A DNA stretch of 20,000 nt from IMG/VR virus record IMGVR_UViG_3300009507_000010; one strand, given 5' to 3'. Below the pieces are notes generated by a model, which ran no database searches, was not told the origin of the DNA, and worked only from the letters and a program-made list of their open reading frames with translations. The stretch's first letter is position 1, and every line of letters starts with the position of its first letter. Origin of the DNA: an uncultured virus (IMG/VR IMGVR_UViG_3300009507_000010) (Duplodnaviria; Heunggongvirae; Uroviricota; Caudoviricetes). The position numbers and the translations under genes are program-made. Of this stretch, positions 1 to 8,494 are shown piece after piece.

Positions 1-2
1 TA

Positions 3-128
3 GCACTAAGAATGATGGCAGTATTAAAAGACTGGGATCCTAGAATATATAATACTTTCACACAAGCAGAGCAAGACGATGATTACGAAGCACCAATGCC
101 GATCTTCATCAGTAGCAGTTTTGGATAA
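3..128 (+). CDS. 3' end of upstream gene, partial; possibly terminase large subunit C-terminus
   Basis: Frame 3 is open from the window edge: ALRMMAVLKDWDPRIYNTFTQAEQDDDYEAPMPIFISSSFG*, stop TAA 126-128. The terminase guess rests only on recollection of similar C-termini in large phages. Confidence 0.45.
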   Translation, partial: ALRMMAVLKDWDPRIYNTFTQAEQDDDYEAPMPIFISSSFG

Positions 129-131
129 ATA
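126..131 (+). promoter_or_regulatory. T4-late-like promoter box TAAATA
   Basis: ATAAATA at 125-131 overlaps the upstream stop codon and lies 7 nt before ATG 139, with no SD between them. Resembles the T4 gp55 late consensus TATAAATA. Confidence 0.55.
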
Positions 132-138
132 CTTTACT

Positions 139-2007
139 ATGATAAACTTAAACTTAATAGCAGAAGACCTATTTAATAAAATACGTAGCCGTTACCAAAG
201 TGTAACTATGGGCGACGAAAATGGAAAAGTGACTAGTGATCCTCAGTTGGCACGTTTTATTGATTTTGAATATAAATCACAAACAGAAGCCCTAGGACAA
301 GTTAGCATAAGTTTAACTGAAACTGGACTTGTAGTTTATTATAGCACAGAATTTGTAAGTGAAGAATCCGATGAAGTAAAACGAGATTGGTACAGCTTCC
401 TTAAAGAACTTAGAACATTTAGTAAGAAACGTAGACTTAATTTTGAACCGAGAGATATCACAAAGTCTAATTTAGATAAAAGAGATTATCAGTTTCTAGC
501 ACAAAACTCCGGAGAGACCCAAATGAGTGAATCAAAATTATACGGCTCTGCCCGTAAAAGCTATCAAGATTTAGGTGGCGCAAAGTTAATGGTTACACAT
601 AGTAAACCTATTAATACAGAAATCGCAGGCGGACGTTCAATGCATATTGAAAGCATCTTTATTGAAAGTTCAGAAGGCGAACGCTTTAAATATCCTGTTA
701 AGCATTTGAATGGTGCAAGAGCATTAGGTCGTCATATTGCAAATGGCGGTAAGCCACATGATTCATTTGGTACACATGTAATTGAAATGAGCCAAGAGCT
801 AGGCAAGCTACGTAAGTTTAAAACTTATATGGGACGTTCGGGTGTTATGGCAGAAGCAATGGGTCCTGTTTCTGATCGTGTTAACGAGCGTATAGAAAAA
901 ATTAAAAAAGAAGTAATGCAATTGCAGCGCGAATCATATTACAAAGATGTAGTAGAGAATTTTGAAACTCGCGAACTATCAGAAGTTCCAGAAGAAGTAA
1001 AAGCAAGCTGGGTTGAAGCACTTACTATCAAATCATTCCAAGAAGAATTACAAGATGTATTTCCTTATATCTACAATCTTGTTAGTGAAACACAAGATAT
1101 TAATCCAGAAGATTTTCAAACTGAAGGCGAACAGCCGGCAGAGTCATACGTAGTACGTAGAGGCGATACTATCTTTTCAATTGCAAAGAGATTCGCTGAT
1201 TCTAACTACGACGGTGATGTCAAAGCTGGTGTTGAAGACATTATGGAATTAAATGGTATTAGTGATCCAACATCACTACAGCCTGGCCAAAAATTAGAAA
1301 TTGGTTACTTTATGGGCAGTATGAAAAGTGGCGGAACACGAGGACTACCGCCAGGCGGATTTAAAGCATATGAAGCAGAACTAGAATCATCAATTGGTGC
1401 AGTAACAAAGAAGTACGATGTTATTGAAAGTAATTCGGTGTTTAGTAGTGACGAAGGCGAGCAAGCTCAAGCAATTAAAAAATTACAATCACTAGTAGGA
1501 GATCATTTTCCAGCAGGCATAGATGGCATGAATGCAATCGAAAGTCTAAGCGGACTTATTGACGATCCGATGCTAACTGATATGTTTAAAAAAGTTGGAG
1601 CGAAAGATTCAGATATGTGTGTACGTCCATTAGTACACAAATATATCAAAGCTAAAAACCCACAGTTGCTAGCCAAGTTAGATTTTGGCGACATGACAAG
1701 TTCTTCAGAACCAAAAGAAACTGAAGTTACTGTAGGCAAAGACGGATCAATGTCACTAGACAAAGAAGAAGCAAAAGAGCAAAAGACTCCATTAGGTGAG
1801 TTCATCCTAAGCTACTTTGATCGCGAAACAGGTGAGTTTCCAAAAGGTGAAACAGCAGTACTAACTAGCGTTGAAAAGGACTACGGTGACAAGTATGTAG
1901 GCCCTGCAAAACAGTTTATTGAGCGTGTACGTCAAACATGCGAAGAATATGTTGCAGACGACAGTACTGAAGAGTTTGATAGAATTAGAGCACTAGCCGG
2001 TTTGTAA
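139..2007 (+). CDS. Large acidic phage protein with an internal LysM domain, probably virion/structural
   Basis: ORF track 79..2007; ATG 139 preferred because 79 overlaps the upstream gene. LysM motif YVVRRGDTIFSIAKRF...IMELNGISDPTSLQPGQKLEI at ~1147-1302. Glu-rich; ends EFDRIRALAGL. Confidence 0.75.
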   Translation: MINLNLIAEDLFNKIRSRYQSVTMGDENGKVTSDPQLARFIDFEYKSQTEALGQVSISLTETGLVVYYSTEFVSEESDEVKRDWYSFLKELRTFSKKRRLNFEPRDITKSNLDKRDYQFLAQNSGETQMSESKLYGSARKSYQDLGGAKLMVTHSKPINTEIAGGRSMHIESIFIESSEGERFKYPVKHLNGARALGRHIANGGKPHDSFGTHVIEMSQELGKLRKFKTYMGRSGVMAEAMGPVSDRVNERIEKIKKEVMQLQRESYYKDVVENFETRELSEVPEEVKASWVEALTIKSFQEELQDVFPYIYNLVSETQDINPEDFQTEGEQPAESYVVRRGDTIFSIAKRFADSNYDGDVKAGVEDIMELNGISDPTSLQPGQKLEIGYFMGSMKSGGTRGLPPGGFKAYEAELESSIGAVTKKYDVIESNSVFSSDEGEQAQAIKKLQSLVGDHFPAGIDGMNAIESLSGLIDDPMLTDMFKKVGAKDSDMCVRPLVHKYIKAKNPQLLAKLDFGDMTSSSEPKETEVTVGKDGSMSLDKEEAKEQKTPLGEFILSYFDRETGEFPKGETAVLTSVEKDYGDKYVGPAKQFIERVRQTCEEYVADDSTEEFDRIRALAGL

Positions 2008-2040
2008 TTGGCTAGCGTACTATAAGTTTTATTTCTTTTT
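1993..2040 (+). terminator. Possible hairpin/terminator at the end of the LysM gene
   Basis: CTAGCCGGTT-tgt-AATTGGCTAG (1993-2015, with G-U pairs) spans the stop codon. A T-rich tract starts about 11 nt later. Confidence 0.35.
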
Positions 2041-2053
2041 CTTTAAAAAAGAC

Positions 2054-2082
2054 TTGACAATCGTTGTAGACCAGTATATAAT
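2054..2082 (+). promoter_or_regulatory. Consensus sigma70 promoter upstream of SSB gene
   Basis: TTGACA 2054-2059, 17 bp spacer, TATAAT 2077-2082, with an A/T-rich UP-like region upstream. Confidence 0.9.
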
Positions 2083-2162
2083 AATAACTGTGCTACAAAC
2101 AAATAGGCACTTAGTAGCAATGTAGCTACGCAGCACATAGGCATTTATAGGAGGCATTAACT

Positions 2163-3194
2163 ATGGCATCATTAGCAGAAATCCGAGCAAAGCTCAAAGA
2201 ACAAGAAGCTGGCTCAAACGGCAATCGTACATCAGGCGGTGGCGATAACGCAATTTACCCATTTTGGAATATCAAAGAAGGCGAGAGTGCAATTCTACGT
2301 TTCCTTCCAGATGGTAACACATCCAATGACTTTTTCTGGGCAGAACGATTGATGATTAAACTACCTTTCGCAGGTGTTAAAGGTCAAACTGATTCACGTC
2401 CAGTACAAGTACAAGTTCCTTGTATGGAGATGTACGGAGAGTCATGTCCAATTCTTGCAGAAGTACGCGGTTGGTTCAAAGACCCTTCACTAGAAGATAT
2501 GGGTCGTAAGTACTGGAAAAAGCGTTCGTATATCATGCAAGGGTTTGTAACTGACAACCCGTTGTCAGAAGATACAACACCAGAAAACCCAATTCGTAGA
2601 TTTATTATTGGTCCACAAATCTTCCAGATTATTAAGCAGTCTTTGCTTGACCCAGATATGGAAGAATTGCCAACAGATTATACTGCTGGTGTAGACTTCC
2701 GTCTTAACAAAACATCTAAAGGCGGATATGCAGACTATGGTACATCGAACTGGGCACGTCGTGAACGTCCACTTAGTGATGCAGAAATGAATGCAATCAA
2801 TACACACGGATTGTTTAATATGTCAGACTTCCTTCCTAAGAAGCCTACTGAAGTTGAAGTTAAAGTGTTGCACGAGATGTTTGAAGCATCAGTAGATGGT
2901 GAAGCATACGATCCAGATCGTTGGTCACAGTACTTCCGACCAGCAGGTATGCAAGCACGTACAGGTGACCCGACTAAGGCAGCAAGCCCACAGGCAACTG
3001 CTACAAGTCAAAGTGCTCCTGCTCCACAAGCAGCACCAGTAGCAGCAACACCTGCTCCACAAGCAGCACCAGCAGCACCGGCAGTTGAAGAGTCAGTACC
3101 ATTTGATACTACTCCGCAAGAAGCAGCACCAGCAGCAGGTGGCGGCGGCGCAAGTGACATTCTTGCAATGATTCGCGCACGTCAGCAAGGTTAA
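2163..3194 (+). CDS. Single-stranded DNA-binding protein, T4 gp32-like
   Basis: SD GGAGG 2150-2154. gp32-type core (AILRFLP, CMEMYGESCPI, YWKKRSY, GVDFRLNK, YADYGTSNW) followed by an Ala/Pro linker. Lies directly upstream of UvsX. Confidence 0.8.
   Translation: MASLAEIRAKLKEQEAGSNGNRTSGGGDNAIYPFWNIKEGESAILRFLPDGNTSNDFFWAERLMIKLPFAGVKGQTDSRPVQVQVPCMEMYGESCPILAEVRGWFKDPSLEDMGRKYWKKRSYIMQGFVTDNPLSEDTTPENPIRRFIIGPQIFQIIKQSLLDPDMEELPTDYTAGVDFRLNKTSKGGYADYGTSNWARRERPLSDAEMNAINTHGLFNMSDFLPKKPTEVEVKVLHEMFEASVDGEAYDPDRWSQYFRPAGMQARTGDPTKAASPQATATSQSAPAPQAAPVAATPAPQAAPAAPAVEESVPFDTTPQEAAPAAGGGGASDILAMIRARQQG
3018..3072 (+). repeat. 22-bp direct repeat (33-bp period) encoding PAPQAAP twice in the SSB linker
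   Basis: CCTGCTCCACAAGCAGCACCAG at 3018-3039 and 3051-3072; partial third copy AAGCAGCACCAG at 3121-3132. Confidence 0.85.
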
Positions 3195-3205
3195 TACAGC
3201 AAGCT

Positions 3206-3239
3206 AAAAGGGTTGCATCTTTAAAAAGCAACCCTTTTT
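3206..3239 (+). terminator. Rho-independent terminator after SSB gene
   Basis: AAAAGGGTTGC (3206-3216) pairs perfectly with GCAACCCTTTT (3228-3238); ends in a T-run. Confidence 0.85.
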
Positions 3240-3274
3240 AGTTGCTCTACTTTTCAGCTTATTAGGAGAAACAA

Positions 3275-4360
3275 ATGGCTAAATCATTCGATGTTAGTAA
3301 GTTCCGTAAGGACTTGACTAAAAGTATCTCAGGCATGAGTGCTGGATTTAACGATCCTACTGATTGGATTTCAACAGGATCATATGCGCTAAACTATCTT
3401 ATCTCAGGAGACTTTCACAAGGGTGTTCCGCTGGGTAAGGTAACTGTGTTTGCAGGTGAATCAGGAGCAGGTAAGAGTTATTTCTGTTCAGGTAACATTG
3501 TAAAACACGCACAGGATCAAGGAATCTTTGTAGTACTAATTGACTCGGAGAACGCACTTGATGAGAGCTGGCTACAGGCTCTAGAAGTTGACACAAGTGA
3601 AGAAAAACTTCTTAAACTTAATATGTCAATGATTGACGATGTAGCAAAAACTATCTCAACTTTTATTACAGACTACAAATCAATGGCGGAAGAAGACCGT
3701 CCTAAAGTGTTGTTTGTAATTGACTCATTGGGTATGTTGCTAACACCTACTGATGTTGATCAGTTTAACAAGGGTGATATGAAAGGTGATATGGGTCGTA
3801 AGCCTAAGGCGTTGACTTCACTTGTTCGTAACACAGTTAATATGATTGGCTCATTGAATGTTGGACTAGTATGTACTAACCACACATACGCATCGCAAGA
3901 TATGTTTGACCCAGATGACAAAATCAGTGGTGGCTCGGGCTTTATCTATGCATCAAGTATTGTTGTTGCAATGAAGAAGATGAAGTTGAAAGAAGACGAA
4001 GACGGCAACAAGATCTCAGAAGTTATGGGTATCCGTGCTGGTTGTAAAGTAATGAAGACTCGCTATGCAAAACCGTTTGAAGGTGTGCAGGTTAAGATTC
4101 CTTACGAGACTGGTATGAATCCTTACTCAGGTCTAGTTGAATTGTTTGAGAAGAAAGGCTTGTTGACAAAGCAAGGCAATCGACTCAAGTATGTAAACTT
4201 AGCAGGCGAAGAAGTTCTTGAATATCGCAAGGCTTGGATGCAAGAAGGTAAACTCGATTTGATTATGTCGGAATACAACGAAAAAATTGCACCTGTGGTA
4301 AATACCGACGATGCAGAAGTAGTTGATGCAGACTTAATTGAAGAAACATACGAGGAGTAA
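3275..4360 (+). CDS. uvsX: RecA-family recombinase, UvsX-like
   Basis: SD AGGAG 3264-3268; ISTGSYALNYLISG, Walker A GESGAGKS, IDSENALD, Walker B FVIDSLG, TNHTY, SGGSGFIYASS. Confidence 0.92.
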   Translation: MAKSFDVSKFRKDLTKSISGMSAGFNDPTDWISTGSYALNYLISGDFHKGVPLGKVTVFAGESGAGKSYFCSGNIVKHAQDQGIFVVLIDSENALDESWLQALEVDTSEEKLLKLNMSMIDDVAKTISTFITDYKSMAEEDRPKVLFVIDSLGMLLTPTDVDQFNKGDMKGDMGRKPKALTSLVRNTVNMIGSLNVGLVCTNHTYASQDMFDPDDKISGGSGFIYASSIVVAMKKMKLKEDEDGNKISEVMGIRAGCKVMKTRYAKPFEGVQVKIPYETGMNPYSGLVELFEKKGLLTKQGNRLKYVNLAGEEVLEYRKAWMQEGKLDLIMSEYNEKIAPVVNTDDAEVVDADLIEETYEE

Positions 4361-4363
4361 CCT

Positions 4364-4603
4364 ATGAACAACGAAGAGCAGATCGTAGAGATATGGAATC
4401 TGTTTAAACCATATCTTGACAAGAAACAGATTGACATTATCGCAGAAAAGTTTATTGATCATCTTGTTGACTCTGGTACACATGACGAAGTATTAACAGC
4501 ATGCTTAGGTAACAGTCAGAGTTTAGATAATGCAATTCATTATTATCTAGATATGGAAGACGAACTTAAAGATGATGCTGATATAGACGAATGGGATGAT
4601 TAA
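4364..4603 (+). CDS. Small acidic hypothetical protein
   Basis: SD GAGGAG upstream; tightly packed between uvsX and uvsY; acidic C-terminus. Confidence 0.75.
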   Translation: MNNEEQIVEIWNLFKPYLDKKQIDIIAEKFIDHLVDSGTHDEVLTACLGNSQSLDNAIHYYLDMEDELKDDADIDEWDD

Positions 4604-4605
4604 AC

Positions 4606-5061
4606 ATGGGTTGGTATTCAGAAGTATCGCGTGATATATCTAAGATTCCTGCGGCTGTACAGTTCTTTGAAGATGAGCTAATTAGTGCTCGTGTTGAAGT
4701 AAAGCTAAAGGGCAATGTGGAACGTGCTGCTGCTGAAATGCCGGGCATTGTTGAACATCGTTTCAATCAGCTTCAAGAGATTGAAGCAATCCTAAACTAC
4801 TTGAACATCGAGCTACGTAGGTTGCGTAGCTCGTACTTTAAGAAATATCTCGAAAACTATCAACGAGCTCTGTCAAGCCGTGACGTTGAAAAATACGTTG
4901 ACGGTGAGGCAGACGTTGTTGACTATGAAAAGATTATCAACGAGTTTGCTCTTATGCGCAACAAATGGTTAGGTGTTCTTAAAGCACTTGATCAAAAGCA
5001 ATGGCAAATTACAAACGTTGTTAAGCTAAGAGTAGCAGGTATGGAAGACGCTTCGATATGA
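4606..5061 (+). CDS. uvsY: Recombination mediator, UvsY-like
   Basis: 151-aa helical protein with YLENYQRALSSRDVEKYVDGE and KALDQKQWQITNVVKLRVAG, similar to the UvsY family; downstream of uvsX. Confidence 0.7.
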   Translation: MGWYSEVSRDISKIPAAVQFFEDELISARVEVKLKGNVERAAAEMPGIVEHRFNQLQEIEAILNYLNIELRRLRSSYFKKYLENYQRALSSRDVEKYVDGEADVVDYEKIINEFALMRNKWLGVLKALDQKQWQITNVVKLRVAGMEDASI

Positions 5062-5273
5062 ATTGTGTAAAGTGTGGTACATCACTCAACAAAGGTTATT
5101 TAAGATGCAGAGCCTGCGGACACGATAATCCGCCGCCAGAGCCTCTTGACATTGTTGGGTATATGTTAGCAGGTGCTATACCTCTTATATGGTACCTTAC
5201 TGGTTCGCTCATAAGTGCTGTATTAACTGTGGTAGGACTAACTGGCATATACTATCTAATGCTTCGCAAATAA
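5058..5273 (+). CDS. Small zinc-ribbon membrane protein
   Basis: CVKC...CRAC at the N-terminus and two hydrophobic segments at the C-terminus; ATGA overlap with uvsY. Confidence 0.6.
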   Translation: MNCVKCGTSLNKGYLRCRACGHDNPPPEPLDIVGYMLAGAIPLIWYLTGSLISAVLTVVGLTGIYYLMLRK

Positions 5274-5309
5274 TTATCAGTTCTAACATACTGGGCTAAT
5301 CTTATTGTG

Positions 5310-5315
5310 TAAATA
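5310..5315 (+). promoter_or_regulatory. T4-late-like TAAATA box at the start of the glycan operon
   Basis: TAAATA 5 nt before ATG 5321 in the intergenic gap; no SD. Confidence 0.6.
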
Positions 5316-5320
5316 TCTAC

Positions 5321-6100
5321 ATGAGCAGAGTAGTATTAGTAACAGGCGGCTTTGATCCGCTACACAGTGGGCATATTGCTTACTTTAAAGCAGCAAAAGA
5401 ACTAGGTGATCACTTAGTTGTTGGAATAAATTCAGATGATTGGCTTACCCGTAAGAAAGGTAGGCCTTTCATGCCCTTAGAAGAACGTGCAGCAATTATT
5501 AAAGAACTTGCATGCGTTGATGAAGTAATAGCTTTTAACGACAATGATGATAGTGCATGTAACGCTATTATGCAAGTACTACAAACAAAAGGCAGTAGCT
5601 GGACTGTTGTATTTGCTAATGGTGGCGACAGGATAAACACTAACACTCCTGAATACAAAGTATATGGTGAACACCCTTCTGTTGAATTTAAATGGAAGGT
5701 CGGCGGCAGTAATAAGGCCAATAGTTCGAGTTGGATACTAGACGAGTGGAAAACACAAAAGACCGAACGTGACTGGGGTTACTGGCGTGTGTTAGATCAC
5801 AAGCCTGAGCAAGGTTACAAAGTAAAGGAACTTGTAATATATCCTGGCAAAAGTTTAAGTGACCAACGACACCTTAAACGTTCGGAGCAATGGACAGTTT
5901 TAGAAGGCACTGTTAAAATGGAAACAGAGTGGAACAACTTAAAAAATGCTGTTCATTTACAAGCACACGAACGCCCTTATGATATAGGTGTTAAAGTTTG
6001 GCACAAAGCATCAAACCCAGGAACAGAGAATGCACACATACTTGAAATACAACGAGGTAGTGAATGTATTGAAGAAGATATTGAAAGAAGAGATAAATGA
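5321..6100 (+). CDS. HxGH nucleotidyltransferase (RfaE-II/TagD-like) fused to ManC/PMI-type cupin
   Basis: N-terminal TGGFDPLHSGH, LVVGINSD, RKKGRPFMPLEER, FANGGDR. C-terminal ERDWGYWRVL, VKELVIYPGKSLSDQRH..RSEQW, ILEIQRG..EEDIER, resembling the type II mannose-6-phosphate isomerase cupin. Confidence 0.8.
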   Translation: MSRVVLVTGGFDPLHSGHIAYFKAAKELGDHLVVGINSDDWLTRKKGRPFMPLEERAAIIKELACVDEVIAFNDNDDSACNAIMQVLQTKGSSWTVVFANGGDRINTNTPEYKVYGEHPSVEFKWKVGGSNKANSSSWILDEWKTQKTERDWGYWRVLDHKPEQGYKVKELVIYPGKSLSDQRHLKRSEQWTVLEGTVKMETEWNNLKNAVHLQAHERPYDIGVKVWHKASNPGTENAHILEIQRGSECIEEDIERRDK

Positions 6101-6777
6101 AAGTATTTGTAGGTTACGACCCTAGAGAAGACATTGCATATCAAGTGTGCAAACACAGCATTGAACGGCACAGCCCTCTGGCAAATGTCATTCCGCTTAA
6201 ACAATCAGAGCTCAGAAGTGCAGGGTGGTATAATCGCCCTGTAGATAAACTAGCCAGCACTGAGTTTACGTTTACTCGATTTTTAGTTCCGGAACTTGCT
6301 AACTTTAATGGTTGGGCAGTGTTTATGGACTGCGATATGTTGCTTAGAACAGACATTGCAGAGTTATTTGCACAAGCAGATGATACAAAGGCAGTAATGT
6401 GTGTACAACATGACTATTCACCTAAAGAAGGTATTAAGATGGATGGACAAAAACAAACAGTTTATCCACGTAAAAATTGGTCTAGTGTGATGCTTATTAA
6501 CTGTGGACATCCTGCTAACAAAAGACTTAACATAGACTTAGTAAATGAAAAAGAACTTAACGGAGCATACTTTCATAGATTTAGTTGGTTAGAAAGTGAC
6601 GAGTTGATTGGCGAGATATCACACGAATGGAATTGGTTAGTAGGACACTATAAAGAGCCAGAGGACGGCACTCCAAAATTATTACATTACACAGAAGGCG
6701 GCCCGTGGTTTGAAAACTATCGCGAGTGCGAATATAATCAAGATTGGAAAACTGAACTTTTTGAGATGATGAAATGA
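6097..6777 (+). CDS. GT-A glycosyltransferase (GT8-like)
   Basis: VFVGYDPRE, STEFTFTRFLVP, DxD motif FMDCDML, YPRKNWSS, EWNWLVG, LLHYTEGGPWF. Confidence 0.75.
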   Translation: MKVFVGYDPREDIAYQVCKHSIERHSPLANVIPLKQSELRSAGWYNRPVDKLASTEFTFTRFLVPELANFNGWAVFMDCDMLLRTDIAELFAQADDTKAVMCVQHDYSPKEGIKMDGQKQTVYPRKNWSSVMLINCGHPANKRLNIDLVNEKELNGAYFHRFSWLESDELIGEISHEWNWLVGHYKEPEDGTPKLLHYTEGGPWFENYRECEYNQDWKTELFEMMK

Positions 6778-7571
6778 TAATCTTTGACCATACAGATTCT
6801 ATACTAGAACTGTGGAGGACCGGTACTAACGGTACATACGGACACTTAGAGCAGTTACACCTTATTGATAAGTCTATTCCCGTTGCAATACGAGGAATGA
6901 CTAAACGAAAAATAATGGCCCGCTGTAACGAAGAAGGTCGTGATTATTATTATATAGACACTGGATACTTAGGAAATTTAGGCAAGCGTAAAGATTTTCA
7001 CAGAGTTGTTAAAAATAATGTACAACACTTAACTCCAATAGAAGTTCCTGATGACAGATACAAAGCACTAGTACAGCATACTAACGAATGGCCGATATAT
7101 TTTCCAGGTTGGCGTAAAGGAGGACATGCTATACTAATTGTTACTCCTAGTGAAAAACCCTGCAAGTATTACGGCATTACTAGAGACGAATGGCTTAATG
7201 ATACTATTGTTAAAATAAAACAGCACTCCGATAGGCCAATTATTATTAGAGATAAGCCGCCTCGCAGAGAGCGTGTAGGCGATAGCAGCATCTTTAATCA
7301 AATGATACAAGATAAGATATTTGCAGTAGTTACATACAATAGTATTGCTGCAACTGAAGCAGTTTCCTTTGGCGTACCTGCATTTGCTAATGCTCCAAAC
7401 GCTGCACATTCTGTATGTTCGAACGACTTTACACAAATTGAAAATCCATATTACCCTCCACGTGAGCAGGTTGCTAAATGGATACACTGGTTAGCTTACT
7501 GTCAGTATAATACTTCTGAATTAAACAGTGGCCGTGCATACAAGATACAGGAGAAGTATAATCTATGTTAG
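6774..7571 (+). CDS. Putative GT-B glycosyltransferase, KpsC/KpsS-like (paralog 1)
   Basis: YYYIDTGY, IKQHSDRPIIIRDKP, VVTYNSIAATEAVSFGVPAF, WLAYCQY. Same architecture as ORFs 7565 and 10001. Confidence 0.55.
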   Translation: MIIFDHTDSILELWRTGTNGTYGHLEQLHLIDKSIPVAIRGMTKRKIMARCNEEGRDYYYIDTGYLGNLGKRKDFHRVVKNNVQHLTPIEVPDDRYKALVQHTNEWPIYFPGWRKGGHAILIVTPSEKPCKYYGITRDEWLNDTIVKIKQHSDRPIIIRDKPPRRERVGDSSIFNQMIQDKIFAVVTYNSIAATEAVSFGVPAFANAPNAAHSVCSNDFTQIENPYYPPREQVAKWIHWLAYCQYNTSELNSGRAYKIQEKYNLC

Positions 7572-8494
7572 TAGCAAGTTATATGAGAGGTATCCCTGCA
7601 AACAACAGAAATCCAGAGAAGCCCGAAATTATTAACAACTTTGTAAAAGGCGTTAACATTCACGAAGGAGACCGCGGAGTAGTATGCTGGGACAATAATC
7701 CAATAGAGTGCGATGTAGCAGTTATACAAGGCTATGTACACGAACGATCTGAAGGTAGCCCTCACCTAAGACTTCGCCGAGCAGTTTTAGACCATCAAGA
7801 AAAAAGAAACAAGCGTACGATTGTAGTTGATAGTAATTTGTTTTTATATAAAGATTCAGGCAATACTAATCGATACTTGCGCTATAGTTATGACGGAGTT
7901 TTTCCTACTACTGGCGAATACTGCAATGATAGTTATGATCCAATGCGCTGGGAGAAACTCAGCAAAGATATTGGATTTTCTTTGCAGCCTTATCGAGGCA
8001 ACAAAGGTAAGTTCATAGTTATATGTGCGCAACGTGATGGCGGGTGGAGCATGGGAGGCAAGAGTGTTGTAGACTGGGTATTAGAAATATTGCCAGAAAT
8101 TAAAAAATATTCTGACAGACCTGTAATGCTACGTTTTCATCCTGGCGACGGCAATTGGAGAATGCACTACAAACGATTAATTAAATCTGGCATCATTTTA
8201 AGTAGAAGTAAGACACTAATGGACGATCTAGGACAAGCAGCAGCAGTTATCACATATAACAGTAGCCCTGGTGTTGCAGCAGCTATTGAAGGTATTCCTG
8301 TGTTTGTTACAGACCCGTTGCCTGAACAGAGCCAAGCATTTGCAGTAGCACATACTAGTTTAAGTAGGTTAACAAATCCAGAAGAATTTGACAGAGAAGA
8401 ATGGATTAAGAAACTAGCAATGTGTCACTGGAATCAAGAAGACTTAAAAAACGGTGAGTGTTGGAAATGGATGCGGCGCTGGGCTACCAAGTAA
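7565..8494 (+). CDS. Putative GT-B glycosyltransferase, KpsC/KpsS-like (paralog 2)
   Basis: IVICAQRDGGWS, IKKYSDRPVMLRFHPGD (HP motif), VITYNSSPGVAAAIEGIPVF, DREEWIKKLAMCHW. Confidence 0.6.
   Translation: MLVASYMRGIPANNRNPEKPEIINNFVKGVNIHEGDRGVVCWDNNPIECDVAVIQGYVHERSEGSPHLRLRRAVLDHQEKRNKRTIVVDSNLFLYKDSGNTNRYLRYSYDGVFPTTGEYCNDSYDPMRWEKLSKDIGFSLQPYRGNKGKFIVICAQRDGGWSMGGKSVVDWVLEILPEIKKYSDRPVMLRFHPGDGNWRMHYKRLIKSGIILSRSKTLMDDLGQAAAVITYNSSPGVAAAIEGIPVFVTDPLPEQSQAFAVAHTSLSRLTNPEEFDREEWIKKLAMCHWNQEDLKNGECWKWMRRWATK

Noticed and set aside
79..138. ORF-track N-terminal extension of the LysM gene
   Set aside because: Overlaps the upstream frame-3 gene and lies before the TAAATA box; ATG 139 is more plausible.
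3018..3140. Direct repeats as a possible CRISPR or mini-array
   Set aside because: Only two full copies with an 11-bp gap, in frame, encoding a low-complexity Ala/Pro linker.
4299..4304. TAAATA inside the end of uvsX (also 10922-10927)
   Set aside because: Intragenic and not adjacent to a start codon; a 6-mer is expected by chance in AT-rich DNA. The 4299 site could still serve the 4364 gene but is unsupported.
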